Notes under the pieces: generated by a model
What the model was told of the DNA's origin: nothing
The model's database searches: none
Seen by the model: the letters and a program-made list of their open reading frames with translations, nothing else
Program-made: the position numbers and the translations under genes
Shown: one piece after another, positions 26,435 to 35,822 of the stretch
How the letters are laid out: every line of letters starts with the position of its first letter
Position numbering within the stretch: position 1 is the first letter of the stretch
Source of the DNA: Oligoflexales bacterium
GTDB lineage: Bacteria; Bdellovibrionota_B; Oligoflexia; Oligoflexales; JAPPIL01
NCBI GenBank assembly: GCA_965215515.1
Contig: OZ244057.1
Span: 1,408,001 to 1,472,000 of the forward strand
Length of the DNA: 64,000 nucleotides
Direction: 5' to 3'

Positions 26435-28414
26435 ATGGCTACCGACACCTTTGACGACGGCGAGATTGTTTGGCGAGCCGATCACGAACGTCAGCGGAAC
26501 AGTGCTATGTATCGTTTCGCCACCTGGCTCGGGGCACGCTTTGCGGCGAGCGGCTACGATTTTCACGTCTACGATGATCTTCATCGCTTTTCGTTGGTAG
26601 AGGCTGCCTCGTTCTGGCGTGCCTGCGCGGATTTTTGTGCTTTTGTTTGGCAACGCGCCCCGAGCATGACCTATCGTGACGGTGACGGGAGTATGCGAGG
26701 GCGCGAATGGTTTCCCGATGCACGCTGCAACTACTGCCACAACCTCCTGCAACGCGGTGCTGACGACGATGTTGCCCTCTACAGTTATGTCGAGGGACAG
26801 GAGGGTATTGCCACTATCTCGCGGCGAGCACTGCGACGTGATGTGGCACGTTGTACCGCACTTTTGCGCAGTTTGGGGGTAAGGAAAGGTGATGTGGTCT
26901 GTGGTGTGTTGTCCAACGTGCCCGCGGCGGTGATCGCGGCACTTGCCAGCGCGGCGATCGGTGCGGTGTGGTCGTCATGTTCGCCTGATTTTGGGGAGCA
27001 AGGTATCGGTGATCGTTTAGAACAGATCGCGCCGCGCGTTATTTTTTACACTACTGCTTATGTTTACGGACGTAAGTATCACGATCGCCGTGCCGCAATG
27101 CGAGCGGTGTTGGCAAAATTTCCGCACAGCCACGCGGTCGCAGTCTCGCATCTCGACGACGATGACGGTGCGAGTGAGGGGTTAGTTTTCGCTGATTTGT
27201 TGGCACAGGCTGGTGCGGTGGAATTGTCTTACGCCGAAATGTCGTTTGCCGATCCGCTATTTATTTTGTTTTCTTCGGGCACCACAGGAGTACCTAAGTG
27301 CATTGTGCATAGCGGCGGAGGAACGTTGTTGCAGCATTTGAAAGAGCACGTGTTGCACGGTGATCTCACCTCTCGTGATCGGCTGATGTTTTACACCACG
27401 TGCGGGTGGATGATGTGGAATTGGCAGTTATCTGCGCTGGCGGCAGGTTGTGCGATAGGTCTGTACGAAGGTGCACCGCATCACCCGCGGGTGATGACGT
27501 TGTGGGAGGTCGCGGCGCGCAGTGCAAGTACCGCGGTCGGGATAAGTCCACGTTACCTTTCGCTCTGTGCGCAAAAAAAATCTTCCCGCCTGCCAGCTCT
27601 GCCTGCTCTGCACACTATTTTTTCCACGGGTGCACCGTTGCACAGCAATCACTATCGCTACGTTTACACCTGCATCAAAGCTGACGTGCATCTCGCCTCC
27701 ATTGCGGGGGGCACGGATATTATTTCGTGTTTTGTGCTGGGCAATGTGCTGTTGCCTGTCAGGGCGGGTGAAATTCAGAGCAAGGGTTTGGGTATGGCGG
27801 TTGCCGCGTGGGATCGTGAGGGAAGGAGTGTGATCGCGACGCAGGGGGAGTTGGTATGCACTGCGCCCTTTGTTGCCATGCCGCGGGGTTTTTTGCACGA
27901 CGAGGATGGCAGTCGTTTTCGTGCCGCTTATTTTAACTTCTTCGCGGGCAGCGATGTGTGGCGACACGGTGATTTTATTACCATCACTGCACACGGTGGT
28001 ATTCGCATGCACGGTCGCTCAGATACCGTGCTAAATCCGTCTGGCATTCGTATCGGCACGGCGGAAATCTACCGTCAACTTGAACAGCTCGCTGAAGTTA
28101 CCGATGCCGTGGCCGTCGATCATCAGCGTCATGACGATACGCGGATGGTGTTGTTCGTCGTGCTGGAGGCAAACAGGCAACTGGATGCCGTGTTGCAGCA
28201 GAAAATCAAGCAGACCATTGCTGCGGGTCTTACGCCGCGGCACGTGCCTCGCATTATCGTGCAGGCTCCTGACATCCCCTATACCGTCAACGGCAAAAAA
28301 ATGGAATTAGCGGTAAAGCGTGCCTTGGCGGGTGAACCGATTGCCAATCACACGGCGATGGCCAACCCTGACGCGCTAGATTATTTCACCGCGCTCAGCA
28401 AAAATTTCGCATGA
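26435..28414 (+). CDS. Acetoacetate--CoA ligase
   Basis: WSSCSPDFG, FSSGTTGVPKCIVH, TTCGWMMWNW, GRSD.VLNPSGIRIGTAEIY, NGKKMELAVK. Confidence 0.95.
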   Translation: MATDTFDDGEIVWRADHERQRNSAMYRFATWLGARFAASGYDFHVYDDLHRFSLVEAASFWRACADFCAFVWQRAPSMTYRDGDGSMRGREWFPDARCNYCHNLLQRGADDDVALYSYVEGQEGIATISRRALRRDVARCTALLRSLGVRKGDVVCGVLSNVPAAVIAALASAAIGAVWSSCSPDFGEQGIGDRLEQIAPRVIFYTTAYVYGRKYHDRRAAMRAVLAKFPHSHAVAVSHLDDDDGASEGLVFADLLAQAGAVELSYAEMSFADPLFILFSSGTTGVPKCIVHSGGGTLLQHLKEHVLHGDLTSRDRLMFYTTCGWMMWNWQLSALAAGCAIGLYEGAPHHPRVMTLWEVAARSASTAVGISPRYLSLCAQKKSSRLPALPALHTIFSTGAPLHSNHYRYVYTCIKADVHLASIAGGTDIISCFVLGNVLLPVRAGEIQSKGLGMAVAAWDREGRSVIATQGELVCTAPFVAMPRGFLHDEDGSRFRAAYFNFFAGSDVWRHGDFITITAHGGIRMHGRSDTVLNPSGIRIGTAEIYRQLEQLAEVTDAVAVDHQRHDDTRMVLFVVLEANRQLDAVLQQKIKQTIAAGLTPRHVPRIIVQAPDIPYTVNGKKMELAVKRALAGEPIANHTAMANPDALDYFTALSKNFA

Positions 28415-28545
28415 TGTCAATTTCTCTTTCAAGTGCTAACTTCGGACTGAGCAGGCAGTAATTTATCATTGACAGCGATGTTGCTCCTTTAGTAGGAGCG
28501 CCACCGTGGGTCGTTTCGATGTTTTTTTGGCAAGGAGAATTTGTC

Positions 28546-28635
28546 ATGGGGTATGTGAGGGGTTTGGTTTGTGTAGGTGCGATGTTGCTGGCGACGGCGG
28601 CCTTCGCAGAGAGCAATGATGGTGCTGCTGACTGA
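28546..28635 (+). pseudogene. Signal-peptide-only ORF (29 aa), probable remnant of an exported-protein gene
   Basis: AAGGAG SD, MGYVRGLVCVGAMLLATAAFA|ESNDGAAD then stop. Confidence 0.35.
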
Positions 28636-28688
28636 GGTCCGCTTGTTTCTTGGTGTGCCGCACGGGTTTCAAACGACGGGGGTGTGTG

Positions 28689-29537
28689 ATGAGGTGTCGG
28701 CTGGTGTTGCTATGCACCCTGCTGGTGTCGCTTCGCCTAGCACTAGCCTGCAACGAGAGTAAGCTGGTGGGGGCTGGGCGACAGCCCGAGACTGACAAGG
28801 CGGGTGGCGGGGAAGCAGGTGAAACGGACGCTGCAGGTCACACCGACGGCCTGCCTGTCGGTAGGGAAGTCGTCGCGCGGGTAGGCAAGCTGTTCGACTT
28901 CTCGCTGGATTTGCGTGCTGCCACGTTACCCTCAGGCGTGGGGCGCGTGCAGCTACACGTCGTCGATGCTTCAGGCAGGGACTTGCCTGAAGCGATCATG
29001 AGATGGCGTGATCCTGAGATCGCACACCCCGCTTGGTCGCAGACGGTGGGCACACGGGTGGTGGTGGAGTTCGAGGAGGAACGGCAAGCGGCGCAGTTCG
29101 AGGATATTTTCTTGCGCACCGACCTGCCTAAGGGGGCGCAGTTGGTCGTCACTGCCATCACCGCCAACGAGGAACAAGAGGTACGCAAGCACCCGCTGCG
29201 TTCCGAGGCAGGCAAGTATGACATGCGGGTGGTTTACGCCGAGCCTGGGATTCGCGGTCATCCCGTCATCGAATTCAACTTCGCCCCAGGTATTCCCACC
29301 CGCCAGAAGGGCCGTTGGTATGTGGCGGAGCGTGCAGGCGAGAGCAACGTCGGTGGCTATGGTGTCACGGGGAGTTCTTTCTCGCATCTGCCGATACCGA
29401 CTGTGAAACTCGTCGTCCGCCCCTCGGATGATCATTTCGATACGGATAACGAGTGCTATGTCGCATTGGTCAATATAGACAACAACGTTAAAGCTGATCA
29501 CTTCGGCGAGTGTCTTTTGAGCACGGTGTCGCGGTGA
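28689..29537 (+). CDS. Hypothetical lipoprotein
   Basis: MRCRLVLL...ALAC lipobox-like start, Gly/Ala linker, beta-rich body. Confidence 0.6.
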   Translation: MRCRLVLLCTLLVSLRLALACNESKLVGAGRQPETDKAGGGEAGETDAAGHTDGLPVGREVVARVGKLFDFSLDLRAATLPSGVGRVQLHVVDASGRDLPEAIMRWRDPEIAHPAWSQTVGTRVVVEFEEERQAAQFEDIFLRTDLPKGAQLVVTAITANEEQEVRKHPLRSEAGKYDMRVVYAEPGIRGHPVIEFNFAPGIPTRQKGRWYVAERAGESNVGGYGVTGSSFSHLPIPTVKLVVRPSDDHFDTDNECYVALVNIDNNVKADHFGECLLSTVSR

Positions 29538-29562
29538 ACGGCATCATCTCCTGAACGGTGGT

Positions 29563-30273
29563 ATGGAACGACGACCGCTATGGATCAGTCATCGTGGCTG
29601 TACGCGGGAGTTCGCCGAGAACACCCGTGCTGCTTTCGATGCTGCACGTGATGCGGGTTTTGATATCGTTGAGACCGATTTACGGGTTACCGCCGATGGT
29701 TATATCGTACTTTACCACGATCGCACGCTGGCCAAGCTGGGACGACCTGACTGGTGCGTTGAACGGGCGACGAAGGACGAGCTCAGCGCTCTGCGCTATC
29801 CTTGTGGAGCGAAGCTGATGTTTTTTGATGAGTTTATTGTGCGCTACCGTGAGTGGCGTTGGGTTTTCGATGTCAAGAAAGAGAGCGCGGTGCGCACTAT
29901 CGCTCTGTTACGCACCTACGATCGTCGTCTGCTGGAAGAGAACGCTATCTTGCTGTGTGAGCGTGAGAAACATGAACGACGGTTGCGTGCTCTTTTCCCC
30001 GCCGCGGAGTTTCTTGCGCGCAAATCGCAGTGCTACTCGGTCGGTATCGCCATGTTGTTAGGTGCTGCACCGTTGCTAACTTTACCGTGCGGCAAGACCT
30101 ATTCCGTCTCGGCGCATTTGTGCGGTTTGCCGTTGTTTCGGCGGGCAGTGTTCGCGCGTTATCACCGCAAGAAGGCGCGGGTGTTGGCTTATTTGCCCGT
30201 CAACGATGCGGAGACAAGGCAGGCGATAGCGGCGGGAGCGGACATGATTCTCACGGACTATGCGATCGTGTGA
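29563..30273 (+). CDS. Glycerophosphodiester phosphodiesterase family protein
   Basis: SHRG, ENT.AAF, ETDLRVTADG..VLYHD..L, ILTD. Confidence 0.9.
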   Translation: MERRPLWISHRGCTREFAENTRAAFDAARDAGFDIVETDLRVTADGYIVLYHDRTLAKLGRPDWCVERATKDELSALRYPCGAKLMFFDEFIVRYREWRWVFDVKKESAVRTIALLRTYDRRLLEENAILLCEREKHERRLRALFPAAEFLARKSQCYSVGIAMLLGAAPLLTLPCGKTYSVSAHLCGLPLFRRAVFARYHRKKARVLAYLPVNDAETRQAIAAGADMILTDYAIV

Positions 30274-30282
30274 GGCTGGCTG

Positions 30283-30792
30283 ATGAAAAATATCAAGATC
30301 ATTTCCCTCATGTTCTTTGGTGCGGTGGTATTGCTGGCGATCGGCTATGCCCTGTTGGTGGGGGACAGGGCGAAGGTATACGTCGACGGCACGGTGGAGA
30401 TAGCGCCCTCTCTGCAGGAAAAAGGGAAAGAGGAACGCACACTCTTTATCATTTTGCGGAATGCGAGAACGGACGATGTGCCTATTACGGTGATAGAGGC
30501 TGATCAAATCGTCGGCAACAAGCCACGTCGTCCTATTATGCCTTGGGGTGCGTATCGGGATAAGGTCAATTTTGCCCACAACAGTCGCTATAGTTTTACG
30601 ATCACGAAGGATAACTTGCAGTTGATGGGTCAGCGGCAGAGCGACCCTCCCGCACGTCTCAACATCAAAGTGCGCCTAGATCATGACGGGCAGGGCGGTG
30701 CTGACCAAGCAGGTGATCTCATCGGATCACGGCAAGGGGTAGTTCTCGGCAGCAGGGATGTGCACATCGTCCTCGATCGCGCGATCAAGTAG
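30283..30792 (+). CDS. Membrane-anchored protein resembling the CcmI/CycH C-terminal domain
   Basis: N-terminal TM helix; TLFIILR...FTIT.DN..M...VRLD.DG......GDL.G pattern. Confidence 0.55.
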   Translation: MKNIKIISLMFFGAVVLLAIGYALLVGDRAKVYVDGTVEIAPSLQEKGKEERTLFIILRNARTDDVPITVIEADQIVGNKPRRPIMPWGAYRDKVNFAHNSRYSFTITKDNLQLMGQRQSDPPARLNIKVRLDHDGQGGADQAGDLIGSRQGVVLGSRDVHIVLDRAIK

Positions 30793-31011
30793 GCTTCATC
30801 GACGTGTGATGGGGGTTTATCCTTACAAGGCACGGGAGAGATGTTGGACGGCAGCATAAAGCTTTCTTGGTCGTATCTGGTGGTATTCTGCTACATCTTA
30901 TTTATTTAATATTATTATAAAATTGCAAATTTTATATTTTTCTATTGACTTAGCGGTCAAGTTTGATATTTATTGCCGTTGGGTTTGTTGTTTAATTTAA
31001 TGAGGTATGCT

Positions 31012-31617
31012 ATGAGGTTTTTTCTTACGACATTGGCGATGGTCTGTTTCTTGCTGCCGAGCGTGGTGCAGGCTCACCAGGAACAGGAGTTCTCACTCCG
31101 TGCGGTCAACGGGGCTGAGGGTGGTTACTGCGTGCTCAAGACCGACAGGCAGAGTGGTGAGGTCGAGCTGATTACCGCACAAGGAGCGCTGAACGAAGAG
31201 ATGCTGGTAGAGGCATTTGTTGCAGCAAGCGTCGTTACTTGCCAGGCAAAGCCAAGAGTCCCAAGCCTAAGAGTAAGGCACTCGATCGAGGAGATAATTT
31301 GCACGGAAGAGTCGAGGTTGCTCTCCCTCCCATGGCCACTAGATAGAATAGAGAAAATAATAGTGAAGAAAGCAATAATGAAGAAACTCACCAGTGAGGA
31401 GGGAATCATTTTCGAGAAAAAAGGCAGAGGATGCATGGGCATAGGAGGATGGTTACCAGCATTAAGCGTGGGAACCTGGTTACCAGCATTAATCAGTGCT
31501 GATAAGGCAATACTTCTTGATTTGGGTTTGTTATATTATGAACAACGTAACTGGATAGCAGAAAGACTACAGAGTCAAGAACCCGCCTTCCCAAGTGGTT
31601 GCGACCACCTTATATAG
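31012..31617 (+). CDS. Hypothetical exported protein
   Basis: Signal peptide ending VQA, GAGG SD, AT-rich upstream region, downstream terminator hairpin. Confidence 0.65.
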   Translation: MRFFLTTLAMVCFLLPSVVQAHQEQEFSLRAVNGAEGGYCVLKTDRQSGEVELITAQGALNEEMLVEAFVAASVVTCQAKPRVPSLRVRHSIEEIICTEESRLLSLPWPLDRIEKIIVKKAIMKKLTSEEGIIFEKKGRGCMGIGGWLPALSVGTWLPALISADKAILLDLGLLYYEQRNWIAERLQSQEPAFPSGCDHLI

Positions 31618-31624
31618 TCCCCGC

Positions 31625-31656
31625 GGGGAAGAGCCGCACGAGCTCTTCCCCTTTAT
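31625..31656 (+). terminator. Intrinsic terminator hairpin
   Basis: GGGGAAGAGC-7-nt loop-GCTCTTCCCC followed by TTTAT, just after the stop at 31617. Confidence 0.7.
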
Positions 31657-31716
31657 CAGTTGCCTCCGAACTTACGAAACGATCACTAACCATAACTGAG
31701 CTCCTCTGCGTGAATT

Positions 31717-31760
31717 GTTAGAAGCCGATAGGGTGTCCGCTTTTTACGGGGGCATCTACA
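31717..31760 (-). repeat. 44-bp dispersed repeat, IS terminal inverted-repeat-like
   Basis: Exact match to 19531-19574. Confidence 0.85.
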
Positions 31761-31762
31761 AC

Positions 31763-34168
31763 TTACAGCAGCTCAGCATAACGATGCGGGTCGCGCTGCC
31801 GCATCATGGTATAGGCTGTTGTGCAGATTTGCTCGGCATTAGGTTTGCTGTAGTAATCTCCATCCGAACCATACGGCGTACGATGCGGTGCGGCGGTCAA
31901 CGTGCGTGGCGGTAGATCGAGCCAGTCATAACCACCCCCCGCTTCCAACACCTGCTGTAGCATGAAAGCAGAAGCCCCGCCAGGGACATCTTCGTCAACA
32001 AGTAACAGCGCATTGGTCTTGCGCAGCGATGCCACAACTGCTCCTCGCACGTCAAACGGCAACAGACACTGAGCATCGATTAACTCAACATCTATACCCA
32101 ACTGTGCCAACATCTCGCACGCAGCCTGTGCGACGGCCACACAAGCACCGTAAGTCAACAAGGTCAAATCCTTGCCTGTACGCAATGTTTCCGCCACACC
32201 GAGTGGCACGGTAAATTCACCGAGATTGCACGGCAGTCGTTCCTTACAACGATAGCCGTTCAACACCTCGACCACAATGGCGGGGTCGTTCGCCCGTGCT
32301 AACGTGTTGTACATGCCCGCCGCTTGCGTCATGTTGCGTGGCACACAGACCTGCACACCACGCACCGCATGCACCACCATGCCCAGCATCGAACCAGTGT
32401 GCCAAATCCCTTCCAAACGATGGCCCTTAGTGCGGATAATAACAGGTGCACACTGCCCCCCCGCACTGCGGTAATGCAAGCACGCGAGATCGTCGGACAA
32501 AAGCTGCAGACAATAAAGCAAATAGTCGAGATACTGAATATCGACCAACGGTCGCAAACCACGCAACGCCGCACCGATACCCTGCCCCAGAATCGTCGCT
32601 TCCCGAATCCCCGTATCGGTCACTCGCATCTCGCCAAACTTTTCCTGCAAACCCTGAAAACAGAGATTGACCCCGCCGAGCTTGCCGATATCCTCCCCCA
32701 GAGCAAAAAAACGCGCATCACGCTGCAAGAGATTCTCAAAACAACGCAAAATAATTACCCGCCCATCAACCATCTCGCTGGTCTCGCTAAACACGGGCTT
32801 AACTTCTGGCACTGCTAACGCCGAACCGCGCGCACAATACAGATGCGTGCCATAACAATCTCGCAACTGGGAATCGTGCCGTCTATAATGAGCACGCAGC
32901 CTCGCTGCTACCTCACCGTCAGTATCCCGCAGTTGCAACAAAGTGCTGTGTAACGAACGGGCGAGATCACGCTGCGTCACCTGTGGCAAGGCTTGTAGCT
33001 GTCGGCTGGCAACGTCACACAACGCAGCAGGTAACTGCCGATATAGTTCCAACAACTCCCGCTTGCCCCGTTCGTGAGGGCGACGGTAGTGCTCCCACGC
33101 AGCATCCCGCTCGCTCGCCACAAACGCAGTCGCCCGCCGCTCACACTCCGTCAACTCCGCCTCAGTGGCAAGACTCTCCGCTATCAACCAGCGCCGCATT
33201 GCCACTAGACAGTCCTGCTCTTTCTCGTACTGTAACCGCGCCGCGCTCTTGTAACGCTCATGACTGCCGCTGGTCGAATGCCCCTGCGGTTGCGTCAACT
33301 CACAGACATGTACCAACGCGGGTGTGTGCGTTTGCCGCACCTTCGGCACAACCTGCTGTAAAGTGAGATAAAGAGCGTTGTAATCCCAGCCCGCCACCCG
33401 ATAGATATCTACGCCGCGCTGCTCGGTGGTGCTCTGAAACCCCGCTAAGGCAGCGCTGAGCGACTGTTTGACAGTCTGCTGTGCAGTGGGGACAGAAATA
33501 CCGTAATTGTCATCCCATACCAGCGTCACCAACGGAATTTGCAACACACCCGCCGCGTTCAACGCTTCCCAAAAAATACCCTCACTGGTACTTGCATCAC
33601 CGATGGTGGCGAAAGCAATCTCGTTGCCGTGGCGAGAGAAATCCGTGTAAGAATGCAACGCAGCGACCTCACGGTACAGATGTGAAGCATAAGCAAGCCC
33701 GACCGCACGACCCATCTGTGCCGCGACAGGCGAAAGATCCGCCGCACTGTTGTAACCATCCGTCTGCACCAGTGCTTTGCCCGCAGCATCGTGTGTGCGC
33801 GTCGCAAAATGGCACACCATCTGCCGACCACCCGAGGCAGGCTCGGCCTCGCGATCACTATCGGCGTACAACTGCGCAAAAAACTGCCGCACACTGCTTA
33901 TGCGTAGTGCAAACATCAGTGTCTGATCGCGGTAATAACCCGAACGCCAATCACCACGTGCGAAAAAACGAGCCAGCACCACCTGTGCGGTTTCTTTGCC
34001 AGCGCCGAAAATACCGAACTTCGCCCGTCCCCCCAACACCTCCTTGCGTCCTAACAGACTCGCCGCTCTGCTGGTGTAAGCCAGTTTGTAATCATCCACA
34101 ATCTGTGCGGGAGTCAGAAAATCACTCACCGACGCACCGCGGTCGGCAACTTGCGCCACATCCTGCAT
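31763..34168 (-). CDS. 2-oxo-acid (branched-chain/2-oxoisovalerate) dehydrogenase E1, fused alpha/beta
   Basis: GDASTSEG...N TPP-binding motif, GHSTSG, GEDIG..GGV, DTGIREATI.G, transketolase-like C-terminus. Confidence 0.92.
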   Translation of the reverse strand: MQDVAQVADRGASVSDFLTPAQIVDDYKLAYTSRAASLLGRKEVLGGRAKFGIFGAGKETAQVVLARFFARGDWRSGYYRDQTLMFALRISSVRQFFAQLYADSDREAEPASGGRQMVCHFATRTHDAAGKALVQTDGYNSAADLSPVAAQMGRAVGLAYASHLYREVAALHSYTDFSRHGNEIAFATIGDASTSEGIFWEALNAAGVLQIPLVTLVWDDNYGISVPTAQQTVKQSLSAALAGFQSTTEQRGVDIYRVAGWDYNALYLTLQQVVPKVRQTHTPALVHVCELTQPQGHSTSGSHERYKSAARLQYEKEQDCLVAMRRWLIAESLATEAELTECERRATAFVASERDAAWEHYRRPHERGKRELLELYRQLPAALCDVASRQLQALPQVTQRDLARSLHSTLLQLRDTDGEVAARLRAHYRRHDSQLRDCYGTHLYCARGSALAVPEVKPVFSETSEMVDGRVIILRCFENLLQRDARFFALGEDIGKLGGVNLCFQGLQEKFGEMRVTDTGIREATILGQGIGAALRGLRPLVDIQYLDYLLYCLQLLSDDLACLHYRSAGGQCAPVIIRTKGHRLEGIWHTGSMLGMVVHAVRGVQVCVPRNMTQAAGMYNTLARANDPAIVVEVLNGYRCKERLPCNLGEFTVPLGVAETLRTGKDLTLLTYGACVAVAQAACEMLAQLGIDVELIDAQCLLPFDVRGAVVASLRKTNALLLVDEDVPGGASAFMLQQVLEAGGGYDWLDLPPRTLTAAPHRTPYGSDGDYYSKPNAEQICTTAYTMMRQRDPHRYAELL

Positions 34169-34191
34169 ACCTACGCCCCTATTTTCCCCCG

Positions 34192-34220
34192 ATTATACAG
34201 GAGAAAGGCGTACGCGGCAA
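34192..34220 (-). promoter_or_regulatory. Sigma70 promoter for the E1 gene
   Basis: On the minus strand TTGCCG-17 nt-TATAAT, about 25 nt upstream of the start. Confidence 0.6.
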
Positions 34221-34226
34221 AAAATT

Positions 34227-35822
34227 TTACCGCAGTGTGGCACACAGAGAAGTTGCGTTCGCCGCGGTAATGCGTACCTCACGCACTTGTCCCACGATGT
34301 CACGCGCTGCCACGATACGCACGGGGCGAAAATGTACCGTGCGACCGTAGTAGACGTGAGGTTCTTTACGGCTACGATAGTGCACCAACACCTGCCGTAG
34401 CTGCCCAATTTCGGCACGATGTAAGGCAGCGGTAATTTTCTGTTGCACTTGCTGCAAGCGCGCAAGACGCTGTTTTTTTACCGCTTCGGGAATCTGATCC
34501 CGCAAGCGACGCGCAGGTGTGTTGCGACGCGGCGAATACTTGAAAGAAAAAATAAAACTACAACGCATCGCCGCAATCAACGCCAACGTCTGCTCGAAGT
34601 CCGCGTCTGTTTCGCCAGGAAAACCGACGATAACATCGGTGGAAAGAGCAAAATCCTCCGCCTGTGCCCGCAAACCTGCCACGATGGTGCGAATCCGCGC
34701 CACATCCACCTTGCGTTTCATCAGGCGCAGAATGCGGTCACTGCCACTCTGCACAGGCAGATGCGCATAGCGTCCAAGCTTCGCTTGCTGTCCGAACAAA
34801 GCGCTCAAGGCGGGGGTAAAGTCGTGCGGGTTAGAAGTAGTGAAACGTACGCGTTGCAAACCCTCCAGCGCACACACATCACGCAGCAGATCGACGAAAG
34901 GATTGTCGCTAGCATAGAGGTCTCGCCCATAGCTGTTGACGTTCTGACCCAACAGGGTAATCTCCTTCACCCCGCGCTGCACTAACTGCTGCGCTTGTGC
35001 GATAATGCGCTCACGCGGCTGCGATCGCTCAGGCCCGCGGGTGAATGGCACTACGCAGAAAGTGCAGTAGTTATTGCACCCCTGCATGATGTTGAGGAAG
35101 CGTGATACCTCAAACCGCCCTGTCAGCGTCGGCCCCGCTGCCGTGTCGGCAGCGACTTGATGCGCAGCGAACCCCAGCGCACTGCCCTGTGCTTGTTCCT
35201 TAACCAACCGCGGCAACTGCTCGATCTGTGCGGGACCGAGCACATAATCGATTGCAGGCACCTCCCGCCGCAAACGTTTACCCTCCGCCTGTGCCACACA
35301 GCCGACAACGGCAATCTTCAGATCACGCCGCATCTGCTTGAGTTTGCGTAAACGACCGAGACGGCTGATAACCTTGTGCCGTGCCTTCTCTCTGATATGG
35401 CAAGTGTTCAAGACAATGAGCTGCGCATCGTGCTCGGATGAGGCACGCGCATAGTTCGCCGCCGTCATTAGCTGCAAGATACGCTCGCTATCCGCCACAT
35501 TCATCTGGCAGCCCCACGTTTCGATATGAATTTTTTTCTTCGGGGCTGCCAGCTTGCTTTTCTCTTGCGCATGGCTGTCCCACGTTTCGCTATGGTTTTT
35601 TTTCTTTGTGGCTGCCAGCTTGCTTTTCTCTTGCGCATGGCTGTCCCACGTTTCGCTATGGTTTTTTTTCTTTGTGGCTGCCAGCTTGCTTTTCTCTTGC
35701 GCATGGCTGTCCCACGTTTCGCTATGGTTTTTTTTCTTTGTGGCTGCCAGCTTGCTTTTCTCTTGCGCATGGCTGTCCCACGTTTCGCTATGGTTCTTTT
35801 TCTTGGTAGTGCTAAGCATCAT
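34227..35822 (-). CDS. miaB: tRNA-2-methylthio-N6-dimethylallyladenosine synthase with N-terminal tandem repeat
   Basis: WGCQMN..DS, NTCHIREKA, GCVAQ, radical-SAM GCNNYCTFC, LLGQNVNSYG, C-terminal TRAM-like region. Confidence 0.95.
   Translation of the reverse strand: MMLSTTKKKNHSETWDSHAQEKSKLAATKKKNHSETWDSHAQEKSKLAATKKKNHSETWDSHAQEKSKLAATKKKNHSETWDSHAQEKSKLAAPKKKIHIETWGCQMNVADSERILQLMTAANYARASSEHDAQLIVLNTCHIREKARHKVISRLGRLRKLKQMRRDLKIAVVGCVAQAEGKRLRREVPAIDYVLGPAQIEQLPRLVKEQAQGSALGFAAHQVAADTAAGPTLTGRFEVSRFLNIMQGCNNYCTFCVVPFTRGPERSQPRERIIAQAQQLVQRGVKEITLLGQNVNSYGRDLYASDNPFVDLLRDVCALEGLQRVRFTTSNPHDFTPALSALFGQQAKLGRYAHLPVQSGSDRILRLMKRKVDVARIRTIVAGLRAQAEDFALSTDVIVGFPGETDADFEQTLALIAAMRCSFIFSFKYSPRRNTPARRLRDQIPEAVKKQRLARLQQVQQKITAALHRAEIGQLRQVLVHYRSRKEPHVYYGRTVHFRPVRIVAARDIVGQVREVRITAANATSLCATLR
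35513..35807 (-). repeat. 66-bp in-frame tandem repeat (about 4.5 units; TKKKNHSETWDSHAQEKSKLAA)
   Basis: Unit starts at 35544, 35610, 35676 and 35742; a partial diverged unit at 35513 is the native MiaB start. Confidence 0.97.

Noticed and set aside
28416..28440. CIRCE-like half site (AAGTGCTAA)
   Set aside because: The second arm of the inverted repeat is absent and no chaperone gene is adjacent
33481..34350. 289-aa plus-strand ORF and similar long shadow ORFs across the window
   Set aside because: Antisense or off-frame to well-supported genes, with no recognisable motifs; expected in GC-rich DNA
35513..35807. 66-bp periodic repeat as a CRISPR array
   Set aside because: Units are identical along their whole length with no unique spacers, lie in frame within miaB, and no cas genes are present
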